Shown piece after piece: positions 56,576-64,000 of a stretch of DNA of 64,000 bases. Position numbers and translations under genes: made by a program. Where the stretch lies: the NCBI GenBank assembly GCA_002402995.1, contig DHGX01000003.1, forward strand, positions 3,765-67,764, written 5' to 3'. The stretch's first letter is position 1; each line of letters starts with the position of its first letter. The notes under the pieces were generated by a model, which ran no database searches, had not been told where the DNA came from, and saw nothing but the letters and a program-made list of their open reading frames with translations. This DNA comes from Patescibacteria group bacterium UBA4787. GTDB lineage: Bacteria > Patescibacteriota > Patescibacteriia > UBA2591 > UBA4787.

Positions 56576-59500
56576 ATGACACGGAGGATCTTTCTGCTTG
56601 CTTTGCTGACCATCATGGTTATGTTAACTAGCGGCGCGTTTGCCAGAAACGCGATTACTTATCGGCCATTTGATTGGCAGAAAGTCAATCGTGGCAACTA
56701 TGAGGTCTGGTATCCTAAGGTTATGGAATACCAGATCCCGGCGACCCTGGCCATCATCGATAGCATTAATGAGTCTTACTCAACCCTGGTTTTCGGCAAA
56801 TATCGTGACCACATGGAATGGTATCAGAGAAAATACCATTCCAAACAGAAGAAGGCCGTGCCGGCTCCCAAACTTTTTACCGCTTCCAGCGATAAAGCCG
56901 AAGAGGTCAAAAAGACAGAGTCCGACAGCACCGATCTATTTTATCTATTCACGGATGGCAAGGGAAATCCGGACAGCCTGAAATTCGTCTACAACTGGAA
57001 GCCCAAAAAACTGGTTATTGTCCTGTATCCTTCAATGCAGGATTATACCCAAATCAAGGCTTTTCCTGGCGCTATCATACCGCCACAAGTTCTCGGCTTA
57101 ACCGAAACTAATCACTTTCGCGTCTTTGTCCCGTATACCGGAGAATGGCACGAATATGAGGCGGTTTTGGCGCACGAAATCGCGCACGCATGGATGTTGA
57201 ATTTCGTGCAAGAGAACCAGAAAAGGCGCGATCTCAAGACCCGTAACATAGTGCCGGTCTTCCACAATTATCCATTATGGTTTGTGGAGGGATGGGCCGA
57301 GCTTCTGAGCCGCGATTATTATTGCGGTAATAAACTCAGTCTTATCCACGCGAGCCTAGAGGATTATACCCGACAGGCCGTAGTGGATGGCCGGATTCCG
57401 CCACTTGAACAAATGGGCGGAGAGGTTTATCCGCTGGGCTATTCTTTCATGCGTTGGATGGTGGATCGTTTCGGGATTCACAAAATAAACGAGCTGATGT
57501 TGGTAACGCTTTTTTATAATCATTTTGAACCTTCCTGGGAGTACATCTTTAAGGAATCTCTTAGGGAGTCGGAAGTGAAATGGCGCGAATACTTGAAAGA
57601 GCGTTATTACAAGGATTTGTATGAACGGAGCGTCGCGGGAAAAATTTCCGTGGCCACTGATTTCAAGCAATCTCCTTTCGTCGGGTCGTTCAGTTACGAC
57701 CAGACCTCGAAGTTATTCGTCGGCTATGTGCCTGATTCTCGTCAAGGGGTGAGTATCGCCGTAGTCAATGGCAACGTGCCTGACACTAGCAAGAAGAAAT
57801 TTCTGATTCTGCATACCCAGTTCGACGATAAAACTCTTTGGTACAAATGGGCTAAACCTATCGTGAGGGGATTGCAGGTGGCATGGGTCGTCAATGTTAA
57901 TGGGGCTGATGAAATTCATCTGGCTCAGATCGACACAACCGACAAAAAGCTGAAGATCAGCCAAGAGCAGGTTCTGCGCTCAGAGCAAATTGTGGCAATC
58001 CAAAATATTTGTTTTGAGAACGACAATCTCGTGGTTTTCAGTGGAGTGGCGGTTGATGGAAAAACCGATCTGTATCGCGTCACGACCAAGGACGCTAAAT
58101 TCGAGCGTTTAACCGACGATCTTTACAATGATCGTTCGCCGGTTCCGTTCGACAAGGGCTACTTGTTCGTTTCCGATCGCCAGAGTCCCTATGGAGAGGG
58201 ATTGTATTACCTCGACATGGAGACATCGCAGATCATCAAGATATTCTTTGTTGATGGTGGATTCGTCGGTAATATTTGCGTTGACGCCGACCAGAAGTCA
58301 GTCGCTTTCCGGTTGATCTCTCAGTTCCATTCAGCACAAATTTTGGTCTGGAATAAGTCTTCAGGCGAATTTCGGGAGGTCTATCGGACATTCCGTGGCG
58401 CGGATTTCCTCGTCGGATTCAACGGCAAGAATCTACTGTTTACCGCTGAGGGCGTATTTAAAAACGATCAGCACAATAATTTAATTTTGCTGAATAGGAA
58501 ACTTCTTTCTTTGGATCTGGCAAAATTGGATTCTTGCGCAATCGTTCAGTACGAACCCAGTGAGATAGTGGAGGAAGGCTGGTCGCCGAAAGAAGTCGCA
58601 GACTTCAAGCCGGAAAAACCCGAGACTAAGCTTCAGTACAGCGGCGATGTGGTCGGTGCCAAGGGCGCGACTAACGCCACAGGTGAAAAAAGGATGGGGC
58701 TTGACGTCGGTTTCTTCGCTGCGGCTGGCACGCCAGTTTTCTACAACATTACGACCGTGTATCAGGATTTGTCTCAGCGTACGGAAAAAACGTATATTCT
58801 CCAAAGCTTCCAAGATTATTCTTGGAAATACAGTCCCGATCGTTCGAAGAATAATTTCATGCTTTGTCGTGACTGGAATCTTTGGCGTTTCGCCTACAAT
58901 GCCTACTATCCGCTCAACTTTGAAGATGGCCTGGGCTACGGTTATACCATAGGCCATGTTCGTCGGATTTACGAAAACAATGTCTATGTGGGGAGCGACA
59001 AACCAGACAAGGTCTGGACGCCGTTAACTGGTTTTCACGGGTACTTTCTGCACGATGGTGTTTTCGGACAATTTGGCGGGCCGCAGTGGGGTTCGGCAGT
59101 CGTAGGTTATGCTGACATCAACCTTACTAGCAGTGTTTTGGACGGCAAAATCGTAGTCGATGCCAGAAATTATTTGCCTTTAGGTCGGAGAACCAGAGTG
59201 TATCTGGCTAACCGCCTCTTCATGGCAAAATCCTTTGGCATGGATCGGAGCTTTTTCGAAGACTCCAATCCATTTGCTCAGAGGAAAGGCTACGAAGGTA
59301 GTCAATTTTCTACGCCGGGTGGTATCGGTACGGCAATAATCATTCATCAAACCGAATTGCGATTTCCGCTCGTCAACTGGGTTTTCTTCCAGCCGGCTTT
59401 TACGCCTCTAAAGGACAATCGGCGCGGAATATTCTGGTTCACGGTTGATGGGTCGCTTTTCGCTGAAGGCGGAGATGTATGGTTCAATGAGATTCGCAAA

Positions 59501-59665
59501 TTTGATTGGTCTGGCCGTGAAGGTTGGGCCATTAAGTTGCGAATTTTCGGAGCTTTTACAGTAAAATACGAACGATTCAAGTTTGTATATCGGCCACAGG
59601 ATCTGCGCAAGATCCGTTTGCGTGGCTACGACCAGCATCGTTGGTCGTTGGACATGGACTTCTAA
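56576..59665 (+). CDS. Compositionally foreign (~50% GC, rough estimate) 1029-aa secreted protein: HExxH zinc-peptidase-like region, beta-propeller-like middle, C-terminal beta-barrel-like domain ending in aromatic residue
   Basis: Signal peptide MTRRIFLLALLTIMVMLTSGAFA; HEIAHAW; C-terminal alternating-hydrophobic segments ending …RGYDQHRWSLDMDF. Own promoter (TTGACAgaaccg…TATTATA) and RBS. Confidence 0.7.
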   Translation: MTRRIFLLALLTIMVMLTSGAFARNAITYRPFDWQKVNRGNYEVWYPKVMEYQIPATLAIIDSINESYSTLVFGKYRDHMEWYQRKYHSKQKKAVPAPKLFTASSDKAEEVKKTESDSTDLFYLFTDGKGNPDSLKFVYNWKPKKLVIVLYPSMQDYTQIKAFPGAIIPPQVLGLTETNHFRVFVPYTGEWHEYEAVLAHEIAHAWMLNFVQENQKRRDLKTRNIVPVFHNYPLWFVEGWAELLSRDYYCGNKLSLIHASLEDYTRQAVVDGRIPPLEQMGGEVYPLGYSFMRWMVDRFGIHKINELMLVTLFYNHFEPSWEYIFKESLRESEVKWREYLKERYYKDLYERSVAGKISVATDFKQSPFVGSFSYDQTSKLFVGYVPDSRQGVSIAVVNGNVPDTSKKKFLILHTQFDDKTLWYKWAKPIVRGLQVAWVVNVNGADEIHLAQIDTTDKKLKISQEQVLRSEQIVAIQNICFENDNLVVFSGVAVDGKTDLYRVTTKDAKFERLTDDLYNDRSPVPFDKGYLFVSDRQSPYGEGLYYLDMETSQIIKIFFVDGGFVGNICVDADQKSVAFRLISQFHSAQILVWNKSSGEFREVYRTFRGADFLVGFNGKNLLFTAEGVFKNDQHNNLILLNRKLLSLDLAKLDSCAIVQYEPSEIVEEGWSPKEVADFKPEKPETKLQYSGDVVGAKGATNATGEKRMGLDVGFFAAAGTPVFYNITTVYQDLSQRTEKTYILQSFQDYSWKYSPDRSKNNFMLCRDWNLWRFAYNAYYPLNFEDGLGYGYTIGHVRRIYENNVYVGSDKPDKVWTPLTGFHGYFLHDGVFGQFGGPQWGSAVVGYADINLTSSVLDGKIVVDARNYLPLGRRTRVYLANRLFMAKSFGMDRSFFEDSNPFAQRKGYEGSQFSTPGGIGTAIIIHQTELRFPLVNWVFFQPAFTPLKDNRRGIFWFTVDGSLFAEGGDVWFNEIRKFDWSGREGWAIKLRIFGAFTVKYERFKFVYRPQDLRKIRLRGYDQHRWSLDMDF

Positions 59666-59685
59666 ATTGGAGGGTAATTATCAAT

Positions 59686-59724
59686 AAATCGCGGAAAATA
59701 AAAACATTTTCCGCGATTTTTTAA
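59686..59724 (+). terminator. Rho-independent terminator
   Basis: AATCGCGGAAAAtaaaaacaTTTTCCGCGATTTTTT. Confidence 0.65.
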
Positions 59725-59858
59725 TGATAAAAGATTTTTCAAAATACCTTCAATTTATGAATCTTAAGCACAGGTTAGAATTTCTACTATGGGGTTTGAC
59801 AAGCTTATTTTATAAGTTATCATTAAATTAGATGTATTTAATCGATTAATTTAAATTT

Positions 59859-60455
59859 ATGGTTTACGAAAATATTCCACAGCAACCGCCGGTTAATAAA
59901 GAAAATGTCGAATCACAAAAAAAATTTGACCTTAATTATTTTCAAGAAATTGTTAACCAGGGTAAATTAAATCGAGATGAATATCTAAAAGCACTTAACC
60001 AGGCATTAGAACTGGGTATTTTAGTAGAAGATAAATTAGGCGAAGAACATGACCAGGAATTAAGACAAAATCGCGCTTCTTTCATTTTTTTTGTTGACCC
60101 TCAAGAAGGGGAAAAACGATATATGCTCTATAACAAGAATCAGCATACGAGTTTTAATTATAAAATTTATAAAACTTTGGCTGGTCCATTTATGAAAGCC
60201 ATGCTTGAACACGAAAAAATAAAAAAAGAGAAAGCGATTAAACAACAAAAAGAATTCGAAGAAAAAGCGATTAAAGACAGAGAAAGAAAACAAGAAGAAT
60301 TTGAAGCAAAATTGGTAAAAAAACCCTTAGGAGAAGAGGCCAAAGACTGGCAAGATCAATTGAAAGAGGCGCAGAAAAAGATGGCACAAAACCAAGATCA
60401 GGCCCCCACAGAGAATCTTAATTTGGCGAATAAAGACGCGGGAGAAAATATTTAA
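59859..60455 (+). CDS. Hypothetical Lys/Glu-rich coiled-coil protein
   Basis: 198-aa ORF, C-terminal half low-complexity KEKAIKQQKEFEEKAIKDRERKQEEFE. Confidence 0.4.
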   Translation: MVYENIPQQPPVNKENVESQKKFDLNYFQEIVNQGKLNRDEYLKALNQALELGILVEDKLGEEHDQELRQNRASFIFFVDPQEGEKRYMLYNKNQHTSFNYKIYKTLAGPFMKAMLEHEKIKKEKAIKQQKEFEEKAIKDRERKQEEFEAKLVKKPLGEEAKDWQDQLKEAQKKMAQNQDQAPTENLNLANKDAGENI

Positions 60456-60574
60456 AATCAGACGGCGATAAATAAAAAAAGAGCCGTTAAGATAAAGGGT
60501 ATTAATTCTGTATTATCTGCGCTCGCTCGGAAATAAAAATTTTATTTTCATTTCGCTCGCTCACTTAATAATAA

Positions 60575-60892
60575 ATGGTTTATTTTGACGATAATAATTT
60601 TGAGAAAGAAGTTTTGAAATCTGACCTGCCGGTCTTGATTGATTTTTATGCGGAATGGTGTCCGCCTTGTAAAATATTAAGTCCAATCATTGAAGAACTG
60701 GCCGATGAATATAGCGGTAAAATTAAAGTGGGTAAGTTAAATATTGACGAATCTGTTGGTTGGGCGCAAAAATATGACGTGATGAGGGTGCCAACGTTGA
60801 TTCTTTTTAAGAATGGCCAAGAAGTTTTACGTCTGCCCGCTCTAAGAAACAAGGAAGATATTAAGTCAGAGATTGAATCCAAATTGAAGTAA
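60575..60892 (+). CDS. trxA: Thioredoxin
   Basis: WCPPCK active site (…DFYAEWCPPCKILSP…), 105 aa. Confidence 0.9.
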   Translation: MVYFDDNNFEKEVLKSDLPVLIDFYAEWCPPCKILSPIIEELADEYSGKIKVGKLNIDESVGWAQKYDVMRVPTLILFKNGQEVLRLPALRNKEDIKSEIESKLK

Positions 60893-60893
60893 A

Positions 60894-61835
60894 ATGCTGG
60901 AAAATAAACAAAAAATATACGAGCTTGTTATTATTGGCGCTGGTCCGGCCGGACTTAGCGCTTCTATTTATGCTTCGCGCTATAAAATTGAACACTTGGT
61001 TATCGGTAAAATATTGGGCGGTATGGCCACCGAAGCTTACGAAATTAAAAATTATCCAGGCATAGAAAATATCACCGGCTTGGAATTGGCCGATAAAATG
61101 ATTGAACACGCCAAAAGATCTGGAGCCCTTTTTTTGGAAGATGAGGTGCTGACTATCGACAGAGAAGATGGCAGGATATTTATTGTCAAAACCAAGAAAA
61201 ATAATCAAATTTTATCCCGCAGAATTATTCTAGCTATGGGTGCTTCGCGCGCTCAACTTAATGTCCCGGGAGAAAAAGAGTTTTGGGGCAAGGGGGTTAC
61301 TTATTGCGCTACTTGCGACGCTCCTTTATACCGCGATAAGATTGTCGCCGTGGTGGGTGGCGGTGATTCAGCTTTTTCTTCAGCGGTTTTATTGGCAAAT
61401 TATACGCAAAAAATTTATTTAATTCACCGAAGTGAAAATTTTCGCGCTCAGAAAGCTTGGCAAAATCAGCTTGATAGTCTTGGTAATAAAATTACTAAAA
61501 TTTTAAACAACGAAGTCAAAGAAATAAAAGGCGACAAAGTTCTAAGAAAAATCTTTTTAAAAAATCCTTATCAAGGAAATCAAGAACTTGAGTTAGACGG
61601 ATTGTTCATTGAAATAGGATCTCTGCCCAACAGTGAATTGGCCAGAAGCATGGGCGTAGAAATTGATAACAAACACCAGATTAAAATTACGAATAAAGGC
61701 AGAACCAATCTTAAGGGCGTTTACGGAGCGGGCGATATAACCAATTTAACCAGACTAAAACAGGTTGTGGTGGCTGCGGCTCAGGGTGCTATTGCCAGCT
61801 ACTCTGTTTTTGAAGACATAAAAACTGGTTTATAG
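60894..61835 (+). CDS. trxB: Thioredoxin-disulfide reductase
   Basis: FAD motif IIGAGPAGLSASIYASR, redox CATCD, NADPH motif VVGGGDSA. Confidence 0.9.
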   Translation: MLENKQKIYELVIIGAGPAGLSASIYASRYKIEHLVIGKILGGMATEAYEIKNYPGIENITGLELADKMIEHAKRSGALFLEDEVLTIDREDGRIFIVKTKKNNQILSRRIILAMGASRAQLNVPGEKEFWGKGVTYCATCDAPLYRDKIVAVVGGGDSAFSSAVLLANYTQKIYLIHRSENFRAQKAWQNQLDSLGNKITKILNNEVKEIKGDKVLRKIFLKNPYQGNQELELDGLFIEIGSLPNSELARSMGVEIDNKHQIKITNKGRTNLKGVYGAGDITNLTRLKQVVVAAAQGAIASYSVFEDIKTGL

Positions 61836-61844
61836 ATAATTGTT

Positions 61845-61879
61845 ATAAAAAAATCTCCCGGTTCGGGAGATTTTTTATT
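61845..61879. terminator. Bidirectional terminator between convergent trxB and ychF
   Basis: AAAAAAATCTCCCGgttcGGGAGATTTTTTATT. Confidence 0.65.
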
Positions 61880-61894
61880 GAAACTTGTTTGAGA

Positions 61895-62959
61895 TTATAA
61901 ATTAAATCTGAAGTGCGCCACGTCTCCGTCTCGTACGACGTATTCTTTTCCTTCAATGCGGATTAATCCTTTATCTTTAGCTGCGCTGTAAGATCCGCTT
62001 TCAAGTAAATCTTGCCAATTAATAATTTCGGCGCAGATAAATCCTTTTTCAAAATCGGTATGAATTTTCCCGGCAGCCTGCGGCGCGCGCGCGCCTTTCT
62101 CGCAAGTCCAAGCTTTACTCTCCATTGGCCCGGCCGTGATAAAAGTTATTAAATTAAGTTTTTGATAACAAGCCTTAATAATTTTATCTAAGCCACTTTC
62201 TTCTAGTCCGAGCTCTTGAAGATAGATTTTCGCTTCCTCGGCCGGAAGCTCGGCTAGTTCAGCTTCTATTTTAGCTGAGATTTTTAAAAAATTTTCTCCC
62301 AAGTCTTTTTTTTCTTTAATCTTATTTTCGTCAACATTTAAGACGTAAAGTATAGGCTTGATAGTTAAAAGATTAAGAGGTTTAACTAGATTTTTTTCTT
62401 CGTCGCTTAAAGACATTTCGTTGGCCAATCGTCCCTCTTCCAAATTTTTTTGGATTCGTTTGAAAAGATCTAAGGCCTGCGCGATTTTTTTATCGTGAGA
62501 TGATTTGGTTTGTCCATCAAGATCTTCAACGCGTTTATTGAGCGTAGAGAGGTCGGCAAAGATTAATTCTAGGTTAACGACTTCCGTGTCGTTTTTAGGA
62601 TTAATCTCGCTGTGAACATGGATAATATTTTTGTCGCTGAATTCGCGCACTATCTCTAAAATAGCGTCTACTTTCCGTATGTGCGACAAAAATTTATTGC
62701 CTAAGCCCTCGCCCTCGTGCGCTCCCTTAACTAAACCGGCAATATCATAAAATTCAATTGTGGTCGGCACAATTTTTTCTGAGTTTTCAATCTTAGCTAA
62801 TTTTTCTAGGCGTTTGTCGGGTACAGCCACTATGCCGACATTCGGATCAATGGTACAAAAGGGATAATTGGCGATATCTACTTGTTTTTTAGTCAACGCT
62901 TTAAAAAGGGTTGATTTTCCGACATTAGGCAGGCCAACAATGCCAACAGAAAATGACAT
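61895..62959 (-). CDS. ychF: Ribosome-binding ATPase YchF (Obg-family GTPase fold with TGS domain)
   Basis: MSFSVGIVGLPNVGKSTLFKALT…; C-terminal TGS (…YVVRDGDVAHFRFN). Confidence 0.9.
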   Translation of the reverse strand: MSFSVGIVGLPNVGKSTLFKALTKKQVDIANYPFCTIDPNVGIVAVPDKRLEKLAKIENSEKIVPTTIEFYDIAGLVKGAHEGEGLGNKFLSHIRKVDAILEIVREFSDKNIIHVHSEINPKNDTEVVNLELIFADLSTLNKRVEDLDGQTKSSHDKKIAQALDLFKRIQKNLEEGRLANEMSLSDEEKNLVKPLNLLTIKPILYVLNVDENKIKEKKDLGENFLKISAKIEAELAELPAEEAKIYLQELGLEESGLDKIIKACYQKLNLITFITAGPMESKAWTCEKGARAPQAAGKIHTDFEKGFICAEIINWQDLLESGSYSAAKDKGLIRIEGKEYVVRDGDVAHFRFNL

Positions 62960-62963
62960 ATAT

Positions 62964-63842
62964 TTAAGCGCTTAATAGCCGTTGAATGTTTTGCGCGGCT
63001 TCATTATTGGTTATATGTTTAATATCTCCTAATTTTGTTTCATTAAATCCGTGAAAGTCTGATCCAAAAGTTTCAACAAGACCATAACGCTTGGTTAGGC
63101 GATTATATTTGAGGAGGTCATCCTTGGTAGTGGCTTTATTATATACTTCTAGACCGCGCAGACCGTTCTTAATTAAAGGAGAGATAATTTTATAAAGAGT
63201 TTTTTCCGATACATCTAATTGAGGATGAGCTAAAACAGCAACGCCGCCAGCCCGAACGATGACTTGGATTGCTTCAAGCGTGTCAGTTTTTTCTTTGCGC
63301 ACGAATCCCGGCTGCTCTCCGCGATCTAAAAAATTATCAAGAAACCATGCTATAGGATGTCGGCTATTCATTCCGAATTTTTCTTTTAACAATAATATAT
63401 TTATTTTGTTGTTAATAACCGCCTGGGCGATATGCGGTTTGCCGATATTAGTGTTTTTATTTTTTACGCATTTCAATATATCAGCTTCGGTTATTGTCAG
63501 GCCGGCCTTCTTGAGTAGGGTGATTATTTTTTTAACGCGCTCGATCCTCGCTTTTTTTTGTTTTGTTAATATTTTAATGAGCTCCGAATGCTGTGGATTA
63601 ATTCGATAACCGAGAATATGTAAATCAATCTCGCGGAAGCGTGTACTGATTTCGACGCCAAAAATGCCGGGAATGTCGTATTTTTCAAGAGCGTTAGAGA
63701 ATTCAAAACAACCGTCGACCGTGTCGTGGTCGGTGAGACCGATAAAAAACAAACCAGTTCTTTTGGCTTCAGATACAAGATGATCGGGCGTATATAGCCC
63801 ATCAGAAAAAGTCGAATGTGTGTGTAGGTCGTATTGGAGCAT
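62964..63842 (-). CDS. PHP-domain metal-dependent phosphoesterase (TrpH/YciV-like)
   Basis: YDLHTHSTFSDGLYTP…GLTDHDTVDG… PHP motifs. Confidence 0.75.
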   Translation of the reverse strand: MLQYDLHTHSTFSDGLYTPDHLVSEAKRTGLFFIGLTDHDTVDGCFEFSNALEKYDIPGIFGVEISTRFREIDLHILGYRINPQHSELIKILTKQKKARIERVKKIITLLKKAGLTITEADILKCVKNKNTNIGKPHIAQAVINNKINILLLKEKFGMNSRHPIAWFLDNFLDRGEQPGFVRKEKTDTLEAIQVIVRAGGVAVLAHPQLDVSEKTLYKIISPLIKNGLRGLEVYNKATTKDDLLKYNRLTKRYGLVETFGSDFHGFNETKLGDIKHITNNEAAQNIQRLLSA

Positions 63843-64000
63843 ATCAGGTAGTAGAAATTAAAAATTAGGATTATGAATTTAGAATTACGAATTGAGAAAT
63901 TTTAAAACTTGCTAATCCGACGCCTTGGATCGCCTCGATTCGTCGGCGAAGCGGGTCGGGGTCCCGACTCTTTGACGTCAAGAATGAATTTAATTACTAA

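Noticed and set aside
1-64000. Alternative genetic code (UGA = Gly, as in Gracilibacteria/SR1)
   Set aside because: Many genes terminate at TGA (e.g. 23008-23010, 32112-32114, 49352-49354) and long ORFs are obtained with the standard code.

Overview
64 kb window from a low-GC genome (~37% GC). It uses the standard genetic code (UGA is used as a stop). Gene content and style point to a Candidate Phyla Radiation / Patescibacteria-like bacterium: small housekeeping genes, the rpmH-rnpA-yidC cluster, fused genes, and two giant secreted surface proteins. The backbone includes a cell-envelope block (Wzx-like flippase, O-antigen-ligase-like protein, VanW, FemAB, murC). It also includes clpP, rny, ymdB, rpmH, rnpA, yidC, a ClpC-like ATPase, mltG, murA, secD/secF, cca, murJ, lepA, an rluD-gmk fusion, rplS, trxA/trxB, ychF and a PHP-domain (polymerase and histidinol phosphatase) phosphoesterase. 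Five tRNAs are present: Arg-CCG, Ser-CGA, Leu-GAG, Ile-GAT and Val-GAC. No rRNA, CRISPR array or reverse transcriptase was found. Three signals stand out. (1) Two families of TIR-bounded mini-elements, each encoding only a ~95-aa GIY-YIG nuclease, occur here; both ORFs are frameshifted, and several ORF-less derivatives sit exactly at gene starts or at sigma70 -35 boxes. (2) A 110-bp MITE-like element with a 14-bp TIR and a 4-bp TTTA direct repeat occurs three times. It sits in frame inside cca, at the 5' end of murJ, and supplies the stop codon of mltG; one copy is nested inside a GIY-YIG remnant. (3) Three compositionally foreign genes are present, at ~50-57% GC (rough estimate). One is a 672-aa HTH/metallophosphoesterase tandem-duplicated protein bracketed by the GIY-YIG elements. 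One is a 1029-aa HExxH-peptidase/propeller/beta-barrel-like protein next to a tRNA cluster. One is a small frameshifted minus-strand gene. Other points of interest are the two paralogous giant surface proteins, which share a C-terminal anchor module made of TM segments and two CarboxypepD_reg-like (carboxypeptidase regulatory-like) domains, a SecD with an inserted parvulin domain, a membrane-anchored zinc-ribbon ClpC-like ATPase, and several recurring intergenic motifs. Independently derived coordinates (tRNAs, repeats) may be off by 1-2 nt.
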